NCBI GenBank assembly: GCA_044356455.1
Contig: JBIKWF010000014.1
Location: forward strand, 1-56,709
From: Bdellovibrionota bacterium
GTDB taxonomy: Bacteria > Bdellovibrionota_C > UBA2361 > JBGSMV01
Reading direction: 5' to 3'
DNA length: 56,709 nt
Below the pieces are notes generated by a model. That model searched no databases and was not told the origin of the DNA. It saw nothing but the letters and a program-made list of their open reading frames with translations. Of the stretch, positions 19,197 to 29,529 are shown one piece after another. The first letter of the stretch is position 1. Each line of letters starts with the position of its first letter. The position numbers and the translations under genes are program-made.

Positions 19197-20300
19197 CTAA
19201 AGATCAAGCAGCACTGCTGCAATCCATGGAAATGCCACGGTTACGTCGCTTTGAATAATTTGATAGTAGCTCTCAGTGGAAAGCTTGTCCCAAGTGATCT
19301 TCTCTTTTCCTCCTGCCCCCGAGTAAGAGCCGTAGGACATGGGGGAGGAGCCTATCTCAATAAACCCAGCCCAATCGCGAACTTTAGGAAGCCGTAAGTC
19401 GTGCTTAATCGAAGGCACCACGCATATTGGGAAGTCGGCGGCGATTCCGCCCCCAAGCTGAAGAAATGCGATAGGGTGCTGCTTTGACTCTTTAAGATAC
19501 CAGTCATACATCAAGTGAAAGTAGTCGAGCCCAGATTTCATGACGCTGGGACTTACGGTGACATCCCCTTTCTTCTTATGGGGACCCGCATACGTGTAGC
19601 TCGCAAAGATATTGCCCATCGTTGAGTCTTCAAACCCAGGCACTACTATCGGGATATTCTTTTGATAGGCCGCGTATGCCCAGCAGTCATGTGGATTTGC
19701 TTTCTTATCGGGAGAGACGAGCTTTTCTGCGAAGAGACGACGAAAGTACTCATGGGGGTAATACGACTGCTTCTTCTTTTCAGCGTCTTTCCACATCTTG
19801 AGAAGATGCGGCTCCATGATGCGAACGCTTTCTTCCTCGGGGAGAAAGGTATCGGTGATTCTGCGAAAGCCCGCGTCGCGCAGTTCTGCCTCTTGGTGAG
19901 GGGTGAGCTCTGTGTAGCGTGGTATATGCGCATAGTGAGAGTGGGCCACGTAGCGGTAGAATGACTCCTCGTGATTTGCGCCCGTAGCAGATACTAAGTG
20001 AACCTTATTTTTGCGGATGAGCTCAGCCAACATCACGCCCACCTGGAAAGAGCTAAGGGCCCCAGCGACGGTAACTACGAGCTTTCCGCCTCCCTTGAGG
20101 TGCTTCTTGAGCCAGCGGGCTGCTTCCATGGTTGAGCCACCGTTGCAGTGGTTCAGCGTGCGCTCGGCGTAAGCGGATACTTTTCGGGAGCTCTTGGATA
20201 TCTCCTGAGAGAGAGGCAATTTCCCGGCGCTGCCCACTTTGTCGTAAGAAATAAGTTTTCGGAGTTCAGGAGAGAGCTTCTTTAGGGTGCTGTTTTTCAT
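19197..20300 (-). CDS. Deoxyhypusine synthase-like protein (possible homospermidine synthase)
   Basis: TVAGALSS, SATGAN, PGFEDSTMGN, QLGGGIAADF, SYGSYSGA..EKITWDK with the catalytic Lys position retained, SDVTVAFP. Confidence 0.88.
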   Translation of the reverse strand: MKNSTLKKLSPELRKLISYDKVGSAGKLPLSQEISKSSRKVSAYAERTLNHCNGGSTMEAARWLKKHLKGGGKLVVTVAGALSSFQVGVMLAELIRKNKVHLVSATGANHEESFYRYVAHSHYAHIPRYTELTPHQEAELRDAGFRRITDTFLPEEESVRIMEPHLLKMWKDAEKKKQSYYPHEYFRRLFAEKLVSPDKKANPHDCWAYAAYQKNIPIVVPGFEDSTMGNIFASYTYAGPHKKKGDVTVSPSVMKSGLDYFHLMYDWYLKESKQHPIAFLQLGGGIAADFPICVVPSIKHDLRLPKVRDWAGFIEIGSSPMSYGSYSGAGGKEKITWDKLSTESYYQIIQSDVTVAFPWIAAVLLDL

Positions 20301-20672
20301 GGTGCTGTGCCAGGAATTTTCTATTTTGTAGTTAGTTTGCGTTTAGCGCCCCCCGCGCCAATTTTCGGGGCAACCTTACTGAGGAACGCGCTTCTATGGC
20401 AAGCGGCTGTCTCGGGAAATAGGGAACTCGTGAGAAAGCTAGAAATGGACCTTCCTCTGTCCCGCGTTCCCTCCGCGGCATAGCTTTAGCAGAGTCGGAG
20501 ACCCTGAGTATGCGGAGGGGAAGTTTTCAGAGCCTCCCAGAGCCCGAAAAGGCGCTGCGAAGATTCTGACAAACTGGCTCAAGATTGCCATTCTAGTGGA
20601 TTTTTGGTCTTCCTGTTGGCCTGCTAAGCTGAGACATCAAAGTTAATTTTTTTGGTTCAAGGGAATTGTTCT

Positions 20673-21131
20673 ATGAAAAGCTCTTCTGCCTTGCTGCTGT
20701 CTGTTCTGATTGGACTATTGGTGTTCCCGCCCTTGATTTTCGCTGCGGATAAAGACCGCGACGGAATCTCAGATGAGATTGAACTGCGCGTGGTTCGAAA
20801 AGGTGGCGATCTGGATAGGGATGGCCTCACTAACCGTCAGGAAGCGCGCAAGGGAACCAATATGTTTGATTCGGATAGTGACGATGACGGAATAAGCGAC
20901 GGCTCGGATGCGCATCCCAAGGACCCAGATTTTAACAACAACGGCCGTAAAGATGGCAATGATGATGACGACAACGATAGCGTGAGCAATGAAGATGAAG
21001 ATGACGGAAGCCAGTCAAGCGCATGTGCATCAGAGGCCAGTCGCGAGGATAGCGATGACAATGAAGATGATGATTCGTCAGGCTCCTCTTCAAGTGGAGG
21101 ATCCTCTTCATCCTCATCCTCGGACGACTAG
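20673..21131 (+). CDS. Small secreted acidic protein with TSP3-like Ca-binding repeats
   Basis: Signal peptide; DKDRDGISDEIE, DLDRDGLTNRQE, DSDDDGISDG, DFNNNG motifs; Asp/Ser tail. Confidence 0.75.
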   Translation: MKSSSALLLSVLIGLLVFPPLIFAADKDRDGISDEIELRVVRKGGDLDRDGLTNRQEARKGTNMFDSDSDDDGISDGSDAHPKDPDFNNNGRKDGNDDDDNDSVSNEDEDDGSQSSACASEASREDSDDNEDDDSSGSSSSGGSSSSSSSDD

Positions 21132-21355
21132 GTAGCAGGAAAAGAGCCCCGTCCCAAGATGAGTGCCGCTAGCTGTGCATTGAGGCGCAGGTAAAGAGGA
21201 TAGCCTAGGAGGAGCGCTGAGTAAAAGAAAGGGCGGCTCTTCGTGAGTCCCTCACTCATAGCGGCAATTGAACGGCAAATACGATTTCGTTCTCGTGATG
21301 CGTTCGGGTTCTATCCTCGGAAAGCCGCAAGAGATTAGGCTGAAAGGGACGCTAC

Positions 21356-21556
21356 TCAGCGGTCAGAGGTGAAACCAAGCCTATAGAAATCCACAAAGAT
21401 GCTGCGATGCAGATATTCATGACGGAGTAGCTCCTCCAACGCACGGCGCACCACGTGTTCTTTGTACGGGAGATCTTCGGATAGATTGGCAATAGAGATG
21501 GAGGCGCGATGAGAAGCTTTCTTGATAATGTCGAGATGCTTTTGCGTAAGTTTCAT
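21356..21556 (-). pseudogene. Truncated winged-HTH (Lrp/AsnC-like) regulator fragment
   Basis: MKLTQKHLDII...ASISIANLSEDL...VVRRALEEL...VDFYRLGF matches an Lrp N-terminal HTH and linker, but stops at 66 aa with no effector domain. Confidence 0.55.
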
Positions 21557-21754
21557 ATTGCACTCGTGTCAGTTGGGCACTTCTGAAAGGCTCTCTGGCC
21601 CTTTTTTAGTCCTGGTATTTGCCAAGACTAGGAAGACCCGACGCTTGAGCGGAATCGGAAAGGCTTTGGCCAAACAGGGAAGCGAAAAGCACCAAAGGGT
21701 CGATACCACGGAATGTAACTAGCGCTAGTGAGTCCTAATAACTGATATTGGCGG

Positions 21755-22039
21755 TCAAGGTTTCGGAGTTGGGGATGGTGTTGGAGTTGGTGGAATGGGG
21801 CTGGAACCACCTCCTACGGGCACTGGGTTGTTTGGGTTGCTCGTTTCAACTGATCCACCCCCTCGAAGCGCGCTCTCGAAGGCGCCCTCGAATGAATTGC
21901 TCAGTATTCCCAAATGAAACTGAGCGGCAGCCGCCATAAGAATCGCGCCTGCTATGAGGAGGATGTATTCCACCATCGCCGCGCCAAGTTGCGCGTGAGT
22001 TGTAGGGGTGCGGGCCGAGCGGTGATTTTGACGTTTCAT
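21755..22039 (-). CDS. Flp/type IVc pilin-like protein with Pro-rich tail
   Basis: Basic leader then G|AAMVEY prepilin motif and hydrophobic helix. Confidence 0.7.
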   Translation of the reverse strand: MKRQNHRSARTPTTHAQLGAAMVEYILLIAGAILMAAAAQFHLGILSNSFEGAFESALRGGGSVETSNPNNPVPVGGGSSPIPPTPTPSPTPKP

Positions 22040-22312
22040 GCCCCCCAATCGCTTTTTTTGTGCGGCTGCTCCTGTAGGGGCAGCAAAATACGAAAGGGAA
22101 CTAGAAATTAGGAAAATGCCCTAGTCCCGAGATCCACGCTAAATCACTCGGCGTGAAGCTCGTCGTGAGCGGATTTTCGATAAGAACTATCTTCCCTTCA
22201 GGCTCTCCCACAAAAGCATAGGCGGAACTTCTATGCTGCCAGATGCTGAATAGCTCTTTCCTTGGTTCGAGAAGGGAAAGGTTCGTAACTGGTGGGGGAT
22301 GGTTTGAAAAAG

Positions 22313-22391
22313 TGCGAGGGCCCTAAGAGTTTTTGCTTCGCTGGCGTGGGGTTTGCCGTTGAAACTCTAATGCACTCTTAGGGCCCTCGCA
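22313..22391. repeat. Perfect 18-bp inverted repeat
   Basis: TGCGAGGGCCCTAAGAGT (22313-22330) and ACTCTTAGGGCCCTCGCA (22374-22391). Confidence 0.85.
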
Positions 22392-22734
22392 TGATTGGCT
22401 CGCGGAATCCTTACCGAGAACACATAAGGAGTTATGGGGCTCTGACGAAAAAGGTGCCGTAAGGAGGCACTAATTTTTCGCGACCTAGGAAGAAAGTATG
22501 TAAGGCTCTGTTAATGCTTGCTAAATATTGCTTCCTCCAACCCACAGTATCGTGGCGAGATACCCCATTTAGGTAGTATTCGCCCGTCACAATTTGCGCG
22601 AAAGCTCGCCCTGGGCATCTCTTAAGCCCGATAAGATAAGTAATTGTAGGTGGTTATCTATGTATGCTTAACTTTTTGTTATTGGGTGCCGAGAAATATG
22701 TAACAGGCCGCACTCTCAAGAGAGGAATTGGTAC

Positions 22735-23568
22735 ATGCTGATTGAAGCCCTAGCTCGAATGCTTAAGCCCTTGGTGCGCTTTGCAATTAAGAAGCATGTC
22801 GATTTCGATACCTTTGCGTCGCTTTCTAAGCGCCTCTTTGTGCTCTGCGCAGCAGAGGAACTCACCGCAAGTGGACGAAAGGTGAATGATAGCCGTATCT
22901 CAGCCATGGTCGGGGTGCGGCGGGAAGATGTAGCGGAGCTGCGCAGCGAAGAAGAGATAAAAATAGAGGTAGAGCTTAGTCCTCTCGCGCGCTTGGTCGA
23001 GCTCTGGCTTACGAAAGCGCCGTACCGAGGACGAGACGGAAAGCCTCGCGTACTTAAGCATGCGGGTCCTACCGGCGAGTTTTCAAAATTAGTACGCACC
23101 GTCAATTCGCACCTCAACCCGGGGACTGTCCTTTTTGAGCTTGAGCGTTGCAAGACTGTTCAGCGAACCCCTCAAGGTATTAGGTTGCTTCGTTCGACTC
23201 TGGGAGTTTCAGCGATTCCTGAGCGTGCAATTACCCTGCTGTCCCAAGATGTGGCGGGGCTTTTTGAAACCGTCCTTGAGAACGTAGAAGAGAGGCGAGA
23301 GCCCAAGGCGATGCATATTCATACTGAATTCGATAGCATTCCTGTTCCAAAGCTTATTGAGGTGCGCACCTGGGTCTTGAATGAAGGCCGCGCCTTCCAT
23401 AAGCGTATTCGAGAGTATCTATCGCAGCTTGATTTGGATTCGAGCGCAGAGAGCGTTGATATTTCAACTGAGACGATGCGAGTAGCAGTAACTTCTTTCT
23501 TGCAATCGAGTGTAAAGCCGGAGGAGTTGGGAGAGAGTGAGGCTCAAGCTTCGGCGGAAAAGGAGTGA
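22735..23568 (+). CDS. DUF6502-family protein (putative DNA-binding)
   Basis: LKPLVRFAI, VNDSRISAMVGVRREDV, W...YRGRDGKPRVL, GEFSKLV, PGTVLFELER pattern recalled as typical of DUF6502. Confidence 0.75.
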   Translation: MLIEALARMLKPLVRFAIKKHVDFDTFASLSKRLFVLCAAEELTASGRKVNDSRISAMVGVRREDVAELRSEEEIKIEVELSPLARLVELWLTKAPYRGRDGKPRVLKHAGPTGEFSKLVRTVNSHLNPGTVLFELERCKTVQRTPQGIRLLRSTLGVSAIPERAITLLSQDVAGLFETVLENVEERREPKAMHIHTEFDSIPVPKLIEVRTWVLNEGRAFHKRIREYLSQLDLDSSAESVDISTETMRVAVTSFLQSSVKPEELGESEAQASAEKE

Positions 23569-23728
23569 GAGAGCAGCACGAGAAAGCGGGTGGCTGACGA
23601 AGAGCCAGCCACCCTCTCAAATAGCTGATGCCGAGACAGCCGGAAAGGCCCTAGCCGAGTTGCCGCAGGACGGTTTGAGAGCGCTCCTGATCCGACTCAA
23701 GCGAATCTCGAGTACGATGAGAAGCTGA

Positions 23729-25018
23729 TTACCCCCCATGACCCTCACACTGCAAACTCGACGCGCTGCGCCGGGCAAGTCTTCGAACGGAAGCTGCTGC
23801 CTTTCGATAAACAAGGGGAAAAGAGGCTTGCTTGCGAAGGGCCACTTGCTGCGCCCTTTGAAGCTTCGAAGCAACCCGAAGAACCTCACTTGAAGTGCTG
23901 CGCAGTGTGGCACGGTAAGCCTGGCAAGACGCCTGTTGCCTCAGGCAGCCTTGCAGACGGAACTCGCTTTTTGCGCGCAGTTTTACTGCATTGGCTGCGC
24001 GGAACATTCTCTTAAGGTCCGTACTTGGTACGAAACCAGTCAATCGGGTGATCGACCTTCGTAAGGATCTAATCCGGCTAAGTAGCCTTGCGCGTGCCTC
24101 ATTGAGTGCCCCCTGGGTGCACGAGCCACCCTCAGACGAAGCGCTTGAGCTGGAGCTGAGAGAGGAACTCGGTACCGAGCTACTCGAAGAACTCCCCTCG
24201 CTGGGCGGTTGGGGGGAGCTTTGCTCGGAGGAACTTGCATGAGATTCGGATGAGTTGCTGATGGGGGCGCTTGATGAGAGAGAGCTCCCGGCCGACGCCG
24301 ACGAACTTGAGGATGAACTTAAAGATGAGCTTGAAGAGGAACTGCATACACCAGTCACCGATTGGCCTGTAATGCGAATGCGCGCACCGTCGGCAAGGAT
24401 ACAATCACTAGAGGTCATAATCCTTTGCTGCCCGCCGCTGCACCCAAGTTCAATGCTGGTCTGACGCTGTCCGGAGGGGGCGCCTCTTGTTTCGTCACAG
24501 GCACGGCTCTCAGAGTTTTCTGGGAAACCCTCCCCAAGAATTCCAAACCAGTTTTGGTCGAGTGAGGGTGCGAACTGACTTGCGAGTGAGTTCGTAAGAA
24601 CCTGATTCACGTAGTAGTCCTGTCTGCTTTCCCAGGCTATTTGAGGAGGCATTGGCGTATAGGTGGTCCAGGTTAGGCGCTCTGGACAATTCGGGCTTGG
24701 GTTCGTCGGGCGAGCAATACTTCCTGCTACCGCTCTGCCTGTCCAAACCGGAGTAGCTCCAGAAGTATCGAGCAAATAAAAAGCCCAGCGAACTCTCCAT
24801 TCAGTTGAGATAGCGCACTCTGAATCTCCTGCGACAGAAGGACTCGTGGTCTTTGACCAGTAACCCGAATTTTCGGCTTCGAACTCAGAGGGAGCGACGT
24901 AAAAGTTAGGGTCGTCTAGGTCGCTAAAGTTGGGCGCAGTAGTTTGAGAAAAAGCAGAGATGGGGAACGCAAGGGCAGTTGCAAGCGTAACAAAAAGTAA
25001 CTGATGAGGAACCAACAT
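23729..25018 (-). CDS. Secreted protein with Cys-containing N-domain, poly-Ser linker and basic C-terminal domain
   Basis: Signal peptide (ALAFPISAFS), long Ser-rich tract, Arg/Lys-rich helical C-terminus. Confidence 0.7.
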   Translation of the reverse strand: MLVPHQLLFVTLATALAFPISAFSQTTAPNFSDLDDPNFYVAPSEFEAENSGYWSKTTSPSVAGDSECAISTEWRVRWAFYLLDTSGATPVWTGRAVAGSIARPTNPSPNCPERLTWTTYTPMPPQIAWESRQDYYVNQVLTNSLASQFAPSLDQNWFGILGEGFPENSESRACDETRGAPSGQRQTSIELGCSGGQQRIMTSSDCILADGARIRITGQSVTGVCSSSSSSSLSSSSSSSASAGSSLSSSAPISNSSESHASSSEQSSPQPPSEGSSSSSSVPSSSLSSSSSASSEGGSCTQGALNEARARLLSRIRSLRRSITRLTGFVPSTDLKRMFRAANAVKLRAKSEFRLQGCLRQQASCQAYRATLRSTSSEVLRVASKLQRAQQVALRKQASFPLVYRKAAASVRRLARRSASSLQCEGHGG

Positions 25019-25250
25019 ATAACCTCGAAAGGCAAACCAGAAAAACTCTCTTCTGGATCTGTTATGGGGAAAGTGTCATTCGGCGGCACATTAAAGCCAC
25101 GTGAGAAGAGAGTGGGCATCTAAACAAATTGCTGAGTAAATAAAGCTTGTTAGGACGCGAGAGCTAAGTCACAGTTCGGCAGCAAGCTCGAATAACACCC
25201 TTTGTTGAGCAGCAGTGGCACTTTTTATTCAGTGCCGGTTTTTCTGATGG

Positions 25251-28200
25251 GTGGGAACGATGCTTAAGGTTTGGCGCATAAGATGCATTGCCGCATCTAG
25301 GGCAGCTCGCCCCTTTCTAGTTCTATTTCTTGCGTGCTGGCTTCTTGCGTCCACCTGCGTGGGGCAAGTAAGTAGTCCCATTACTCCAGGGATCGTGGGC
25401 CGGCGTCTCCAGATTGACCTCGATAACGAAGGGCAATCAAGTCTCGTCAGAAATGATGTGCTTGCAAGAGAGCTTGGAACTTCCCTGAATTCCCCCGCAG
25501 TAATCTCGGATTTTGATGGTGACGGTTCGGCGGAAGTCGTGGTGAAGTCGGGACGGAGCCTTAGGGTATATCACTTTTCGGCTCTGGGCTTTCAAGCCGC
25601 TGGAGAAGTACTCACCCGATTGGATGTGGGGCTTATTTCGAACTCCTTCGATCGCTTGCACGCAGCTGACCTTTCCGGCGACGGACTTCCTGAACTTGTC
25701 GTGCTCTTTGATAATGGTACCCTTGAGGCATTTTCACTTTCCTTTGACTCGCGGGGCCAAGTTGCGCAGCTCAGTAGAACTGTCTCAATTGTAAGACCCC
25801 AGGTCCCCGCCCGCGATGCACTCACCTTAGGTAATGGATATTTCTCGGCGCCTGCCCAACATTTGTTCGGTGATTTTAACGGGGACGGCAGAATCGATTT
25901 GGCTACCTTTCGATCCGTAAGAAGAACGGGTGTTCCGAGTCAGGTAGGAGAGGTCAGATTCTTCAGCAACTCCGCAAGCGGCGGAGCCATTTCTCTGGTC
26001 GAAGAAGATGCAAGTCTGACTGACAATTTTACCGCCGAGACTGGATGGTATAACCCAGAACGCCGTAGCCCTCGGCTTGCTGTTGATCTCGATGGTGATG
26101 GCAAAAAGGAGATTGCACTTTTCTACAACCGTGGGGGAGTTTCGCTCATCGCAGCCCCCTCGGGCAGCGGAGAATTTCCCTCTCGTTACAGCTCAATTTC
26201 TGCGACCGATTTGACCTGGGCGAATGGATATTTCGAGAGTGATAATTCAAAAACGGTCGTTGACGTCGACGGGGATGGGCGCGAGGAGATAGTAGCTTTT
26301 CACCCCTCTGGCCGAGCTCATGTGTGGGGAACTCCTCTCGGGGCTCAGAGCTTAGAAGGCTTTCAACTTCGCTATTTGGGGACCACGAGTCTAGGAGACG
26401 AGATTTCTGGGGTCGCCGGGCGCCCAGTGGGAATCTCAGTCGTACGCGACAGGGCGGGAGTAGGGCCAGCACTAGGGCTTCTGTTTGGGACTGGGGAAGT
26501 CGCTATCTTCAGAGGTTTACGCTCCCAGCGCGCGGTTGTCCCTCTACACTACCAGCACGAATTCCTTACTTCTCTTCCCTCCAATTACATTCAGCAGATC
26601 CCAGAAGCTTTTGGATCACTAACATTCGCAAGCTTTGGGGATCCTGGTACCCTGCTTCAGACACCTCAGCGCATGAGGGCGCAGTACATTATGACAAGTC
26701 TCGCGACTGAGGGCGCGCATCTTGAGAACTACCCCGTTCGCGTCGACGCGATCACTCATGACGAGTATGCTTTCTTGCATAGCACAGATCCCGCAAGGCT
26801 TGCGGTGCGCCGCAGCAATCAGGGAGGGGTAGAGTTGATCTGGGCAGCGGATGATCGAGCCGGAGTTCGGGGCTATGCCGTATACGAATTAAGGAATCCC
26901 CCGTCGACCTTTACTCCGCACGACCCCGTGAGCATTGATCCTTCACTTCTTTCCAGAATTGATACTGCCATCGATCAGGAGAGTCCTCGGCTCTTAAGAG
27001 CAAGGATTGAGAGCACCCTTGAGGGCAGTGCATGCTTGCTGGTGAAATCGATAGATTCTTCGGGAAGAATTCTTCCTTATTCACTCCCTTTCTGTGGTAA
27101 TCCCGCAGAGCTTCCTGGGCCTCGCGAAGTATCGGTGCAGGGCGTCCGTATTGTTGATAAGAGCTTGCCGCGCGCCAATCCCCCGTATCGTGCGACGCGC
27201 GCATTTAGAGTAGAAATGAAAGTGCTGCTTGCGCCGAATCAAGTTCCTTCCGAGGCGGTGCGAGTGGTGCCCTATATCTTTCAGCTCTCGGGCCCCTGTT
27301 TGTCGGATGACCCAAATCTGCTCAACTACCATTGTGTCCACGGGTTTCGGCCTGCACCTTTGCATTCAAATGGAGAGCCAAGAGTTAAGGTGAAGCAAGA
27401 GACCTGGGTTCCCTCAGGAGATTCTCCGGATACTTTTCTCTATGCCGTAGACCTCACCGTTGATGATTTGCCGCGCATGGTGAACCATGTCCCGGATGTG
27501 CGCTATGAGAGCCCTGTATTCAAGATCTACGTTAACGATGCATCTGTCGGCGCGCCTCCGAGTGATCGAGAATTTCCCCTGGGAGGTGGATTCTATTCTC
27601 CTAAAGCCAATCAGCGCTTACATGATCGCATCTGGGGCGGAGTGCTCACTAATATCAGGAGTCCCACGTATCAGAATACCTTTGCCGATTACTTTCTTAA
27701 CAATAGGTTTGCGCGTGGCATTAATACAGTTTATCTCGATGAGTGGCGTCCCGAACATACTGTAGCTTGGGAGTTCACCCAAGGGTGGCAAATGGAGGCG
27801 CCGGCAGTTGAGTTGCCCTATCCGGCTCAGTCATTTGACTACTACCGCGACGATGACGTTTTCCCGCGGTATAGAGATAACGCTGTCCCGGGCGATCCTT
27901 CGTTCGAGAACCCGGCGCTGCCAGCAAGGGATCCCTGGATTAATAGCCTTGACCAATTTGCCTCCGAACTTCGTCGCCGGCTCGGAACATCGGTAAAGTT
28001 ATTTGGCAACGGCCTTCAGAAGTTTAGCGCGACGCTAGGAATCAATCAGCGGGCGCTAAGTCGATTGGACGGCGGACTCATGGAAGGGTGCTTCGGCGAG
28101 CCGGCCGAATTCAATAATAATGATTGGTTAGATCAACTTGCCTCGCTCAGCCGTTATTCTGAGGATAACAAGATGGTCGTTTGCCTCAATAGATTAGACG

Positions 28201-28745
28201 ACCAGAGAAAATCGATACAGCCAGGGCGCAGAATGTTTGTCCTTGGGTCTTTCCTTCTCGCGCATGACGTTAACCGAGACCTGAGATATGCACCTCAGGA
28301 AGTTCATCCCAAATGGATTGAGCGAGTACCCGATTATCAGTATTCGCTTATCAATTTCCTACCTGAGTACGATCTTGATTTAGGGGTCCCGCTTGGTGAA
28401 GCCACGGAAGTGGTCTCGCAACCAGTTAATCCATTCATAAGAAAACGTGAATTTTCCAATGGCTATGTAGTGGTGAACGGGTCTGGAAATTCGAGAGGTC
28501 TCAGCGGGCAGACGGTGACTGTCTCGGTGCCTGCAGGAATGCAGCGAGCGATCATCGTTGGTTCGGAAATTGTGTATCCTGAGCGGAGTGGCGGTGGCTA
28601 TATGTATTGTCACCCCGGGACTCCGCCTTGTTCATCTGATAGCTCCTATCGTCTCAATCCAGGTCATGTAGTTCTTGAGCCGCAAACAGGAGGGTCGGTT
28701 ACGCTTGAGCCTGGAACGGCTGCAATCTTTGTCGTGCGGCCATAG
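25251..28745 (+). CDS. Large secreted FG-GAP/VCBS-repeat protein with putative GHL15-like glycoside hydrolase C-terminal domain
   Basis: Five DxDGDG motifs (DFDGDG, DLSGDG, DFNGDG, DLDGDG, DVDGDG); FN3-like WAADDRAGVRGYAVY; C-terminal VYLDE, GGLMEG, DLDLGVPLG, REFSNGYVVVN. Confidence 0.75.
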   Translation: MGTMLKVWRIRCIAASRAARPFLVLFLACWLLASTCVGQVSSPITPGIVGRRLQIDLDNEGQSSLVRNDVLARELGTSLNSPAVISDFDGDGSAEVVVKSGRSLRVYHFSALGFQAAGEVLTRLDVGLISNSFDRLHAADLSGDGLPELVVLFDNGTLEAFSLSFDSRGQVAQLSRTVSIVRPQVPARDALTLGNGYFSAPAQHLFGDFNGDGRIDLATFRSVRRTGVPSQVGEVRFFSNSASGGAISLVEEDASLTDNFTAETGWYNPERRSPRLAVDLDGDGKKEIALFYNRGGVSLIAAPSGSGEFPSRYSSISATDLTWANGYFESDNSKTVVDVDGDGREEIVAFHPSGRAHVWGTPLGAQSLEGFQLRYLGTTSLGDEISGVAGRPVGISVVRDRAGVGPALGLLFGTGEVAIFRGLRSQRAVVPLHYQHEFLTSLPSNYIQQIPEAFGSLTFASFGDPGTLLQTPQRMRAQYIMTSLATEGAHLENYPVRVDAITHDEYAFLHSTDPARLAVRRSNQGGVELIWAADDRAGVRGYAVYELRNPPSTFTPHDPVSIDPSLLSRIDTAIDQESPRLLRARIESTLEGSACLLVKSIDSSGRILPYSLPFCGNPAELPGPREVSVQGVRIVDKSLPRANPPYRATRAFRVEMKVLLAPNQVPSEAVRVVPYIFQLSGPCLSDDPNLLNYHCVHGFRPAPLHSNGEPRVKVKQETWVPSGDSPDTFLYAVDLTVDDLPRMVNHVPDVRYESPVFKIYVNDASVGAPPSDREFPLGGGFYSPKANQRLHDRIWGGVLTNIRSPTYQNTFADYFLNNRFARGINTVYLDEWRPEHTVAWEFTQGWQMEAPAVELPYPAQSFDYYRDDDVFPRYRDNAVPGDPSFENPALPARDPWINSLDQFASELRRRLGTSVKLFGNGLQKFSATLGINQRALSRLDGGLMEGCFGEPAEFNNNDWLDQLASLSRYSEDNKMVVCLNRLDDQRKSIQPGRRMFVLGSFLLAHDVNRDLRYAPQEVHPKWIERVPDYQYSLINFLPEYDLDLGVPLGEATEVVSQPVNPFIRKREFSNGYVVVNGSGNSRGLSGQTVTVSVPAGMQRAIIVGSEIVYPERSGGGYMYCHPGTPPCSSDSSYRLNPGHVVLEPQTGGSVTLEPGTAAIFVVRP

Positions 28746-28995
28746 CCGCGACCACTGGGGAACTTGAATAATGGTACTTTCCCCCTGGTGAGTTGGGTAG
28801 CGCGGAGAGCTCTCGTTTTCTCTGACGTTTTCTCGTGTCGTATGGGGGGGGTTCTTCCTCTTGTTGACACCTGCAGCAGCGAACCTTCTGGCGAGGGGCA
28901 GTTATTTCTGAAGCGCATCCAATAAAACCCTAGGGGAATTGCGCATTCTTATAACTCGCTGGAAGCAGACGTGTAATTCGACCCGATACGTAACT

Positions 28996-29265
28996 ATGCA
29001 ACAGTTTCTTCCTCCATTTCGCGGCAGTGTGCAGAACAGTTCTGAGCGCGGGGCAGCGATAGTAGAGCAGGTAGTGCTTATCGCGGGCATAGTCATGCTC
29101 TTCGCGGTATTGCAGTTGCATTTCGGGCTGCTTAGAGATAGGTCCGCCCAGGCCTTTGTTCGGGCAATGGAGACGGGCGGCGGTTCTACAGAAACAAGCG
29201 GTCCTTGCACAGGAGGCGACCCAAGTAGCTTACCGACAATGTGTACTCTCCCTGAATCAGAATGA
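28996..29265 (+). CDS. Flp/type IVc pilin-like protein
   Basis: SERG|AAIVEQ prepilin-like motif, hydrophobic helix; similar to 21755-22039. Confidence 0.65.
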   Translation: MQQFLPPFRGSVQNSSERGAAIVEQVVLIAGIVMLFAVLQLHFGLLRDRSAQAFVRAMETGGGSTETSGPCTGGDPSSLPTMCTLPESE

Positions 29266-29529
29266 CCGCTTCTTGGGCCAAATGTAATTCCAAGTCTCAA
29301 CTCTCAGAAATCCCTCGCCCTTAGAGCTATATGGGCTCTGAGAAAGCTCTTCACTAATGCCACCTTTGTGGACTTCTGCCCCCTGTCTGTTGAATTTGCT
29401 CATGAATTTTTCAGCTCGGATGAGACAGAGGTGTTTTCAGCGGTCCCGTAAATTGTCCATGGCAAAAAGTGCCAGCTAACGGCACATGCTAACGAGAGTA
29501 TCCATAATACTTGCATACGGCTTCGGTGA

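Noticed and set aside
24130..24345. GAGCT/GAGGA-rich repeats and plus-strand Glu/Leu ORFs
   Set aside because: Antisense shadow of the poly-Ser linker in 23729-25018
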